Source of the DNA: Octopus sinensis
Lineage: Eukaryota
DNA: 14,062 nt
Reading direction: 5' to 3'
Assembly (NCBI RefSeq): GCF_006345805.1
Contig: NW_021825858.1
Coordinates: 1 to 14,062 of the forward strand
Part shown: piece by piece, positions 1-8,009 of the stretch
Layout of the letters: every line of letters starts with the position of its first letter
Numbering within the stretch: position 1 is the stretch's first letter
Notes under the pieces: model-generated
Seen by the model: only the letters and a program-made list of their open reading frames with translations
What the model was told of the DNA's origin: nothing
Databases searched by the model: none
Position numbers and translations under genes: made by a program

Positions 1-118
1 TTTCGGGGTCGATAAATTAAGTACCAGTTCGCACTGGGGTCGATGTAATCGACTTAATACCTATGTCTGTCCTTGTTTGTCCCCTCTGTGTTTAGCCCCT
101 TGTGGGTAGTAAAGAAAT
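1..118 (+). mobile_element. 3' part of SINE family B, cut by the window edge
   Basis: tttcggggtcgataaattaagtaccagt...ctggggtcgat matches the same block in copies at ~2660-2720 and ~4090-4150. Confidence 0.75.
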
Positions 119-122
119 ATAT

Positions 123-279
123 ATCAACCCCAGTACTTGACTGGTACTTACTTCGACTCTGGAAAGATAAAAAGCAAAGCTGGTCTTGGCAACATTTGAA
201 CTCAGAACCCAAAGACCAAATGAAATGCCATGAAGCATTTTTGTCCAGCAAGCTGACGATTCTGCTAGCTTGTCGCCTT
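123..279 (-). mobile_element. SINE family B copy, reverse orientation
   Basis: Reverse complement reads ggcgacaagctagcagaatcgtcagc...gttctgagttcaaatg...ctttgctttttatctttcc...gtcgaagtaagtaccagtc...ctggggttgat, homologous to 3985-4150. Confidence 0.75.
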
Positions 280-1035
280 GATTAATAAAAATAATAATGA
301 TGTTAATGATATTAATAAATAACAACAATAATTACAGTTTGTTTTTATTTTTTTAATAATAATAATAATGATAATAATTGAATCAAAAAACTTATTTATA
401 AACCCAGAAAAATTATATTTTTGTCAAATAAAATTTCAAAATAAATTATCGAAAATCACATTCACACATACACCCACATGTGCACGCACACACACAAGCC
501 CACATGTGCACGCACACACACACACACACAAGAGACCAGAGATAGTAACAACTAGTTTGTGTTACAATTGATAAATAGTTCAGATAAACCAACCAATAAT
601 AGTGAGAGATGGAAGAGAGTGTGTGTAAATGGATGAGAACAGAGAAAATTTTTCTTAAGAAAGAAAACATCACAGTTGTCATTAATTTCTTGATGACACA
701 CATCGTTAGCAAGGATTGCAAATGGCAACAAAACAGCTTTAGAAAACCCAGCTCATTGACTGATTGACCAAACAATAAACCAAACATTCAATAAGGTAAT
801 TAGCAAATGGTTCGTTATTTGGCTAATAAATAATAAAGAAGTGAAACAGAACTAGTGCATGTGCCATTATTGGCATAATGACCCCCCCCCCTAAGATACA
901 AAAAAGAATGTTTCAATGCAAGAGTTCACAACAAGAACCTTGCATACCACATAGAAAAACACCAAAAAGAAAATTAAAATTAAATCTCTGTCTTATAAAC
1001 TAAGAAAAAAATTTTTAATTAGTATCTTTCATTAA

Positions 1036-1150
1036 AGAATTGATTAGAGAGAGAGTGTGTGTGGGAAAGAGAGAAGAGATGAATGGGGGAGAAGGGAGGA
1101 GGGGTAGAGATGGAGGGAGAGAGAGAGAGATAAGTGTAGAAGGAGAGTAT
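1036..1150. repeat. Purine-rich (GA)n/GGA low-complexity tract
   Basis: Directly visible; source of spurious ORFs 1015-1266 and 1040-1255. Confidence 0.8.
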
Positions 1151-1289
1151 ATTTGTAAGAAAACAGAAAGAATTATTTGGCAAAATAAAGAATTTAAAAA
1201 AAAACTAAGAAAGAAAGACAAAAAAATTTCACCCCCCCCCCACATGAGACGATGAAAAATATGCATTTTAATTGTATATGCAGAAATAT

Positions 1290-1607
1290 AATCATATAAT
1301 ATACATTATATACATGTATTAAGGAAGTATGCATATATGTATGTGTATATATATACTCATATCTAAACATATATATATACATTTGTATGTGTATACATAT
1401 ATGTTTATATACATACATATATATAAATATGTTTATATACATACATAATATGTTTATATACATACATATATATATAAATATATTTATATACATACATATA
1501 TATATAAAGATGTGTATATACATACCATATATATATACATACATACATAAATGTTTATATACATACCACACACACACATATATATATATATATACATACA
1601 CACATGC

Positions 1608-1645
<38 letters not shown>

Positions 1646-1725
1646 TAATATATATTATCAAAGCCACTCACAAGGCTTTGGTCAACCCAGGCTAGAGTAG
1701 ACAACACTTGTCCATAGTTACATAT

Positions 1726-1761
<36 letters not shown>

Positions 1762-1870
1762 TATATATATATATATATATATATATTATACCAGTATATA
1801 TAAACAATCACACACATATACATGTATATACAGATTGTTCTTTTAATTCTCCAGTATATATTATATATAA
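1290..1870. repeat. (TA)n/(TACA)n microsatellite complex, including about 5 degenerate copies of an ATATGTTTATATACATACATA-based unit (~1399-1566)
   Basis: Directly visible tandem structure. Confidence 0.9.
1666..1714 (-). mobile_element. Short internal fragment of SINE family A
   Basis: cactcacaaggctttggtcaacccaggctagagtagacaacacttg is the reverse complement of the block caagtgtcttctactatagcc...gccttgtgagtg at ~2258-2305. Confidence 0.6.
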
Positions 1871-1920
1871 ATAACCATTACATATAAACAAACAACCGCA
1901 ATCATTACCCAGTCTTATTT

Positions 1921-2143
1921 CGGTTTCGATTCCTGGACCGGGCGACGCGCTGTGTTCTTGAGCAAAACACTTCATTTCACATTGCTCCAGTCCACTCAGC
2001 TGGCAAAAATGAGTAACGCTGCAATGGACCGGCGTCCCATCCAGCTGGGGAACACATACGCCATAGAAACCAGGAAACCGGGCCCATGAGCCTGGCTAGG
2101 CTTTAAAAGGGCACATTTATTTATTTATTATTATTATTATTAT
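1921..2143 (+). mobile_element. SINE family C (tRNA-derived, 5'-truncated, ATT tail)
   Basis: B-box-like ggtttcgattcc, then ttgagcaaaacacttcatttcac..., gcaatggaccggcgtcccatccag, agaaaccaggaaaccggg, ending in (ATTT)n/(ATT)n. Confidence 0.65.
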
Positions 2144-2144
2144 T

Positions 2145-2780
2145 AAGGTGGCAAGCTGACAAATCATTAGCAAAAGGCGCAGGAGTGGCTGTGTGGTAAG
2201 TAGCTTGCTAACCAACCACATGGTTCCGGGTTCAGTCCCACTGCGTGGCATCTTGGGCAAGTGTCTTCTACTATAGCCCCGGGCTGACCAATGCCTTGTG
2301 AGTGGATTTGGTAGGCGGAAACTGAAAGAAGCCTGTCGTATATATGTATATGTGTGTATGTGTGTGTGTTTGTGTGTCTGTTTGTTCCCCTAGCATTGCT
2401 TGACAACCGATGCTGGTGTGTTTACGACCCCCGTCACTTAGCGGTTCGGCAAAGAGAGACGCGAATAATAAGTACTGGGCTTACAAAGAATAAGTCCCGG
2501 GGTCGATTTGCTCGACTAAAGGCGGTGCTCCAGCATGGCCGCAGTCAAATGACTGAAACAAGTAAAAGAGTAAAAGAGAGTAAAGAGTAAACTGGACAAA
2601 ATACTTTGTGGAATTTCGTCTGACTTTACATTTTGGGTTCAAAATCCCCTGAGGTTGACTTTGCCTTTAATCCTTTCAGGACCAATTAAATAAGTATCAG
2701 TTATACACCAGGGTCAATGTAATCAACTTACAGCCACCAACCCTAAAATTTCAGATCATATCCCTATAAACGAAAGGATT
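2145..2780 (+). mobile_element. SINE family B split by a family A insertion (B parts ~2145-2172 and ~2591-2780)
   Basis: Head ggtggcaagctgacaaatcattagca stops at ~2172 and the body resumes at ~2591 (ctggacaaaatac...gggttcaaaatcc...actttgcctttaatcc...), collinear with the uninterrupted copy at 3985-4195. Confidence 0.75.
2177..2591 (+). mobile_element. Apparently full-length tRNA-derived SINE family A
   Basis: tRNA-like head GGCGCAGGAGTGGCTGTGTGGTAAG...GGTTCAGTCC (A/B-box-like), central block ttgggcaagtgtcttctactatagcc, internal TA/TG microsatellite, 3' repeats of agtaaaag. The same head recurs at 5207, 10455, 12603 and 13094. Confidence 0.85.
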
Positions 2781-3125
2781 ATTATTATTATTATTGTTAT
2801 TAGTTTTCTTTTTAACCCAAGTTTTGTTTGAACTCCTGGAGTCTTGCATGTGTAGCTGACTTGCTACCTGCAGCCTAAAGGTACCATATTATCTGTTCTT
2901 GTCATCTAATTAATACTTTCTTAATTATTCTGGCCGTGCCAAGGAGGCAAAACCTTTCGTAAAAGTTCTACTGAGCACTCTATTATGACTTCCTTTATAT
3001 TCCTCTTGATACCTTCTGACACTGTCCCCAATGACCCAAGAATAACTGGCACTGTTTTTACCTTCATTTTCCATAACCAGGTTATTTTGTACTTAAGAGG
3101 ATTGTAAATGTCTATTTTTTCACCT
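2778..3125 (-). mobile_element. 5'-truncated non-LTR retrotransposon with restriction-like endonuclease C-terminus (R4/Dong-like), copy REL-A
   Basis: KGEKIDIYNPLKYKITWLWKMKVKTVPVILGSLGTVSEGIKRNIKEVIIECSVELLRKV, then by frameshift CLLGTARIIKKVLIR* (TGA 2904-2902), about 100-nt 3' UTR and (AAT)n. K..Y..L...I..LW...V..VP(V)ILG.LG and LLGTA(R/H)I.(R/K)K.L are characteristic of REL-clade C-termini. Confidence 0.8.
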
Positions 3126-3956
3126 TTATTATTATTATTATTATTCAATAGTCTTATTTTTATCACGTGCTTTCACTGCACTACCGAGTGCAACTCTGTG
3201 TGCCTTGGGTATGTGCTGTGGTTTGTTGTGGTGCTCTTATTTTCACTGTAATGAAAGTGTTTTACATAGGATGTGTGCAGTGCCTAGTAGTGCTATTTTT
3301 TGTATGTCATATATACTTGTAAGTCCAGGAGTTTTCATTCGAAGTCAAATTTGATGACTGGCACCCGTGCTAGTGGAGCACTAAGAGCACCATCTGGGCG
3401 TGATCGTTGCCAGAGCAGCTAACTGGCGTTCCTGCCAGTGGCACGTAAAAAGCACCATTCGAGTGTGACTGTTACCAGCATTGCCTTACTGGCACTAGTG
3501 CCGGTGTGCAGGTCTCATGTAAAAAAACTCAATTTTTTCATGGCCGTTGCCAGTACCGCCTGACTGGCCCTCGAGCTGGTGGCACATAAAAGCACCCACA
3601 ACACTCACGGAGAGGTTGGCATTAGGGAAGGGCATCCAGCTGTAGAAACTCTGCCAGATCAAGATTGGAGGCTGGTGCAGCCATCTGGTTCGCCAGTCCT
3701 CAGTCAAATCGTCCAACCCATGCTAGCATGGAAAGCAGACGCTAAACGATGAAGATGATGATGATGATGATATTTGTCTGAATATTTTTTTATCATACCT
3801 AATGCACCTACCATAATAGGAATCGCTTATGCTTTTAGGTTCCACATCTGAGTTACCTCTATTTCCAGATCTTTATATTTTGAAAGTTTCTCCATTTCTT
3901 TTAGAGAAACGTTTTCATCTGTTGGTATTAATATATCAATTAGAAAGCATTTTTTA
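3126..3956 (-). mobile_element. Second REL-type retrotransposon 3' end (REL-B), interrupted by a family D SINE
   Basis: 3956-3771: NKKCFLIDILIPTDENVSLKEMEKLSKYKDLEIEVTQMWNLKA*AIPIMVGALGMIKKYSDKY. After the insert, 3338-3243: MKTPGLTSIYDIQKIALLGTAHILCKTLSLQ*, then 3' UTR and (AAT)n at 3126-3145. Confidence 0.82.
3340..3770 (+). mobile_element. SINE family D (internal tandem units, RTE-like 3' end, GAT tail) inserted into REL-B
   Basis: Repeated gtggcacgtaaaaagcacc-like motif, ggttggcattagggaagggcatccagctgtagaaac, tccaacccatgctagcatggaaa, (GAT)n tail. Confidence 0.82.
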
Positions 3957-3984
3957 TTATCATCATCATCATCATCATCATTAA

Positions 3985-4195
3985 GGTGGGAAGCTGGTAG
4001 AATCATTGCTGTGCCAGACAAAATACTTGGCAGCATTTCTTCCAGCTTAATGTTCTGAGTTCAAATCCCACCAAAGTCAACTTTGCCTTTCATCCTTTCG
4101 GAGTCGATAAAATAAAATACCAGTTGGGCACTGGGGTCAACATAGTCAACTAGCCTCCTCCCCAAAAATTTCAGGCCTTGTGTCTGAAATTATTA
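3985..4195 (+). mobile_element. SINE family B, uninterrupted copy
   Basis: ggtgggaagctggtagaatc...gttctgagttcaaatcc (B-box-like)...tttgcctttcatcctttcggagtcgataaaataaaataccagt...aaaatttcaggccttgtg. Confidence 0.8.
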
Positions 4196-4398
4196 ACAGC
4201 ACTGTTACATTACTGACGACAGTGTCTTTGAATTAGCACCCTGACATATTCCTTTAATCTGCTCATTCTCCATCAGGGCCTTTCTTATAGGACTTTGAAG
4301 ATGATGCAACTGGAAGGTATGAACTAGCGAACAGTCACAACTAATCATTATTTTAAATTGTTCTAAATGATCAAACCATCATTAATATTTGAGGATAC

Positions 4399-4399
<1 letters not shown>

Positions 4400-4440
<41 letters not shown>

Positions 4441-4610
4441 TACATACATACATAAATGCAAATGGGTATGTGTATGTGTGTAAATATATATATACATATA
4501 TTTACGTGTGCGTATGTGTGCATATGTATTTAGAGGTTTGAGCGTATGTGTATAGACAAAGCTGATGTCACATAACTGTAAGCTTCTCATTTCATCTATA
4601 TAAATACACA

Positions 4611-4664
<54 letters not shown>
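4400..4664. repeat. Two (CA)n microsatellites with TA/TACA-rich spacer
   Basis: Directly visible at ~4402-4450 and ~4607-4663. Confidence 0.9.
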
Positions 4665-4666
<2 letters not shown>

Positions 4667-4689
4667 ATCCTTCAACCCATTAGGACAAA

Positions 4690-4840
4690 ACTCCACAACT
4701 ACCCCCATCAGTGTTGGCACAATGAACGATGGGTCTGGTGAAGTTGCACAGATGTTGTGGCAGAAGCATATAGATGTGTGTAGTGTGCATGAAATACAGT
4801 GGAGGGGAGTCTCAGTCAAGCTCCTCACAAGAATGGAACA
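4690..4840 (+). mobile_element. RTE-clade LINE fragment: N-terminus of the apurinic-like endonuclease
   Basis: ISVGTMNDGSGEVAQMLWQKHIDVCSVHEIQWRGVSVKLL resembles the RTE APE start (NVGT....S.EV..M...R.VD.CC.QE.RWRG). Confidence 0.65.
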
Positions 4841-4844
4841 GCAT

Positions 4845-5045
4845 CAGCATCGTCATTTAACATACCTTTACCCATCCTTGTATGAGTCACACGATTTGGC
4901 AGGATCTGATAGCTCAGAAGACTGCATCTTACTCCAGTGTCTGCTTTGACATGGTTTCTACACCTGGATGCCCTTACTATTTGCAGTGTATACTGCGTGC
5001 TTTATTCATGCTGCTAGCACTAAATGAGGTGACCATGCAGCTTGC
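4845..5045 (-). mobile_element. Degenerate SINE family D-like copy
   Basis: catcgtcatttaacat...ggtttctacacctggatgccctt is the reverse complement of the D core and tail. Confidence 0.6.
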
Positions 5046-5206
5046 AAGAATTTGAAACTTGGAGGGGAATAGTTTTAGGGAGAGAGTAATTTTAGGTGCA
5101 AATTCTTCAGTGCTGTGGTGAGTGAACTTTGGTATATTGTTGGCAGAGAAATGATAAGATAGAAGTAATTGAGATTAGCCAGAGTATTTAATTAATTAAA
5201 AATAAT

Positions 5207-5313
5207 GGCTATAGTAGAAGACATTTGCCCAAGGTGAAATGCAGTAGGATTGAACCCAAAGCCATGTGGTTGGGAAACAAACTTCTTACCATACAGCCAT
5301 GCCTCCTGCACCT
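5207..5313 (-). mobile_element. SINE family A tRNA-like head
   Basis: Reverse complement of ggtgcaggaggcatggctgtatggtaagaag...ccacatggctttgggttcaatcc...ttgggcaaatgtcttctactatagcc. Confidence 0.78.
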
Positions 5314-5324
5314 TCAGAGAATAG

Positions 5325-5487
5325 AATTCTAAACATGGAAACATGGGGGGGGGGTCTAAAAGTAAACCTGCCAAAGATAAAATTCTTAGTTGGCAGAACA
5401 GAAGAGCAGATTCTGCTGCCATCTAGGAAGTCACCATGTTCAAAATGCAGAAGAATTTGTAAGAATATAAATTATGGATGTACAAGA
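5325..5487 (+). mobile_element. RTE-clade LINE fragment: end of RT domain and following Cys-rich segment
   Basis: GGLKVNLPKIKFLVGRTEEQILLPSRKSPCSKCRR..N..GCT resembles GL(R/K)VN..KTK.L...PSG.WPC..C..G...NSI.C of RTE ORFs. Confidence 0.6.
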
Positions 5488-5539
5488 GATAAGGAATTAA
5501 AATGTAGCAGACACACATAAACGATTAATAATATCATTG

Positions 5540-5810
5540 TCATCAACATCGTCATCATCAACATTATCATCATCATCATGTACATCATAATTATTTTAAC
5601 GTCCACTTTTCCATGCTTGCATGAGTTAAACAGAATTTGATAAAGCAGGTTTTCTACATCCAGGTGTCCTTCCTGTTGCAAACCCCTTACTGGTTTCAAG
5701 GCAAGGTGATATTTCCCACCGGCCAGATGCTTTTACAGAAAAATGGAAATGAATGATGCCTCTTGTAAAATATAATGCTTACTTACAACTATTGTGCAAT
5801 GTGCAAGACT
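5540..5810 (-). mobile_element. SINE with the same RTE-like tail as family D but a different body
   Basis: (CAT)n, ttaacgtccacttttccatgcttgcatgag, tttctacatccaggtgtccttcctgttgcaaac, then a body without the gtggcac..gcacc units. Confidence 0.55.
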
Positions 5811-5914
5811 AACACACACACATATCCATATTATATATATATATATATATATACACACAATAGTGCATATATAAATAATATTGACATAATGACTGTCCCA
5901 AGACACAACAATAC

Positions 5915-5946
<32 letters not shown>

Positions 5947-6069
5947 AGTAGTTGAATGAATTATCTTAGTATGGATAATTCGGTTAACCGATACCTGGGT
6001 AGCAAATTCACGTCAGAAAAACACGGTTGAAGCTACATGCTTTATTTGTATATATATATATATATATAA

Positions 6070-6280
6070 TGCTGAAAAGTTCCTGGCTTTGAGTAAAAGA
6101 AAATACAGGAGGATCAGTTAATTATGATTTTATTCAACATATTCCCATCTCAGATTCACACACTTATTGCAGCGGTCCAACAGTTTTTCTAAGTCCTGTA
6201 AAAGAACCCAGAGGGTTGGGCCACCATCCAGGCCTTTCACAATACTCTTAAAGCCAGGAACTTTTCAGTAGTCCCTTGTG
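6070..6280. mobile_element. Mariner-like MITE of about 200 bp
   Basis: Perfect 19-bp inverted repeats CTGAAAAGTTCCTGGCTTT (6072-6090) and AAAGCCAGGAACTTTTCAG (6250-6268), extending inward with a 2-nt indel (gagta/tactc); non-coding interior; adjacent to a TA tract. Confidence 0.8.
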
Positions 6281-6305
6281 TGTGTGTGTCTGTGTATATA
6301 TATAT

Positions 6306-6630
6306 GGCTTCTGTGCCGGTGGCACATAAAAAGCACCATCCGAACGTGGCCAATGCCAGCACCGCCGACTGGCTTCTGTGCGGTGGCACATAAAAAGCAC
6401 CAACCGATCGTGGCCGATGCCAGACCTCTGGCACCTGTGCAGGTGGCACGTAAAAAGCACCCACTACACTCGCGGGTGGTTGGCGTTAGGAAGAGCATCC
6501 AGCTGTAGAAACACTGCCAATCAGACTGGAGCCTGGAGCAGCCCCTGGCTCCCCAGACCCCGGTCGAACCATCCAACCCGTGCTAGCACGGAAAACGGAC
6601 GTTAAATGATGATGATGATGATGATGATGA
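6306..6630 (+). mobile_element. SINE family D with three internal units (periods 64 and 60 bp)
   Basis: GGTGGCAC(A/G)TAAAAAGCACC at 6318, 6382 and 6442, followed by the D core and (GAT)n tail. Confidence 0.85.
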
Positions 6631-6649
6631 TATATACTGCCTCTCAATG

Positions 6650-6804
6650 CAGAGTGGTTGGCGTTATGAAGGGCATCCAGCTGTAGAAACACGGCCAGAT
6701 CAGATTGGAGTCTGGTGCAGCCGCTGGCTCTCCAAACCTCAAACAAACCATCCAACCCATGCCAACATGGAAAACGAACATTAAGCAATGATGATGATGA
6801 TGAT
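6650..6804 (+). mobile_element. 5'-truncated SINE family D (core and tail)
   Basis: gagtggttggcgttatgaagggcatccagctgtagaaac...catccaacccatgccaacatggaaaacgaacattaa followed by (GAT)n. Confidence 0.8.
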
Positions 6805-6957
6805 ACATATTTCATTCTGTAACAGCTGCCTCTGATGAGTGCAGGGTTACACAATCTGACTGTTACCTAACATTCTATTGAATCCCTACTGCAAAACTGA
6901 CTGATAAGATCGACAATAATGGATATATAATACAATACACTTTGATAATATATATAT

Positions 6958-7032
6958 GGTCGTCGGCGTCGTGATGGTGGTCATTGTCGTGGTCGTGGTG
7001 GTGGTGGTGCTGCTGATGTTGATGTTGTTGTT
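6958..7032. repeat. Degenerate trinucleotide tract (GTC/GGT/GTT)
   Basis: Directly visible. Confidence 0.75.
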
Positions 7033-7279
7033 AAACAACAAGACAGGTAAGGGTGATTAGGTGATGGTCTAGGGCTTAGGGGTGGGAGACCCTAGACCTT
7101 GGAAAAAGAAAAAAAACTTTGGTCGTCTTGTTGTAGTCGAGGGCTCTTCGTTGACGCCTGACACCTCTGGGAGGTGGCCCTCGAAGTCACTGGGAGGTGG
7201 CCCTCGAATTCGCTGGAAATGGAGATCTCCAGGTCCAAATTCTTGAACAGCTGGTGGTGGTGCTGGTGCTGGTGGTAAT

Positions 7280-7665
7280 GAGTGATTGTGGATAATGTAT
7301 AAAGGCTGGACAGGATATGAAGCAAGCATGCTATGATGTGTGTGTAGGACAAAGCAAAGAAGAGTTTAGAGAAAAATTAGATAAAAAGGATTGGGCCAAA
7401 TATAGTGTGCAAAAGACATGACTAACCTGTTATGGACATGCGATGCTTATGAATGGTAACTGTGGGTAAAGAAGTTTTGGGTATTCTGAGTGGAAGGAAC
7501 ATGTACAAGAGAAAGAAAAACAACAAAGAAAACGGTGACATGGGGGGAATTGGTGAAAGCCAATATCAGAAGATGGAACCCCTTAAAGGAGATGATGAGG
7601 AGTACAACAAATGGTGAGGCACTGTGTTAAGAGAAGACCCATCGAACCCATCCAAACATGGAACA
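7280..7665 (+). mobile_element. RTE-clade LINE 3' end (decayed ORF C-terminus and 3' UTR)
   Basis: Across stops and frameshifts: RLDR..EASML, QSKEEFREKL, SVQKT*LTCYGHAMLMN, VEGTCTRERKT..TWGELVKANIRR, resembling RTE RLERNEASML / LRWYGHV.RM / GRGRP.KTW...V..D; ends in an aacccat..aacatggaa tail. Confidence 0.72.
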
Positions 7666-7684
7666 TTTCTCCCATGTAAAACTG

Positions 7685-7718
7685 AATGTACATATGTATG
7701 TAGCTATATATACACACA

Positions 7719-7764
<46 letters not shown>

Positions 7765-7822
7765 CACACACAAATGAATATATATACATATATATAATAT
7801 ATATTTATGCGTGTGTGTGTAT

Positions 7823-7860
<38 letters not shown>

Positions 7861-7906
7861 TATATACATATACACACACACATAAATAAATATATATATA
7901 TATATT
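7685..7906. repeat. (TA)n/(CA)n microsatellite complex
   Basis: Directly visible. Confidence 0.9.
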
Positions 7907-8009
7907 TAAAATGAGGGTGAGAAATTAGATATAATTTAATTAACATCGATTTCACACCAGTGGTCTAGCATATAAAAAAACTGAAGGTTCAGTAAAATTG
8001 TATTATATA

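Noticed and set aside
473-522. 24-bp tandem duplication CCCACATGTGCACGCACACACACA
   Set aside because: Ordinary slippage inside a CA microsatellite.
446-787. 113-aa minus-strand ORF
   Set aside because: No recognisable motif, ends in a (TG)n repeat, no convincing splice context.
2177-2250. tRNA gene
   Set aside because: A/B-box-like motifs are present but there is no complete cloverleaf, and it is followed by a SINE body repeated elsewhere in the window.
5946-6050. Short non-microsatellite inserts within TA tracts (also ~7908-8000) as Penelope-like remnants
   Set aside because: No hammerhead core, ORF or second copy visible; needs a genome-wide BLASTN.
6318-6461. CRISPR-like repeat-spacer pattern
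   Set aside because: Eukaryotic context, only three units, spacers similar to each other, embedded in a SINE, no cas genes.
6958-7052. Plus-strand exon ending at CAG|GTAAGG (7046/7047)
   Set aside because: The upstream sequence is a decayed trinucleotide repeat with no acceptor or recognisable protein.
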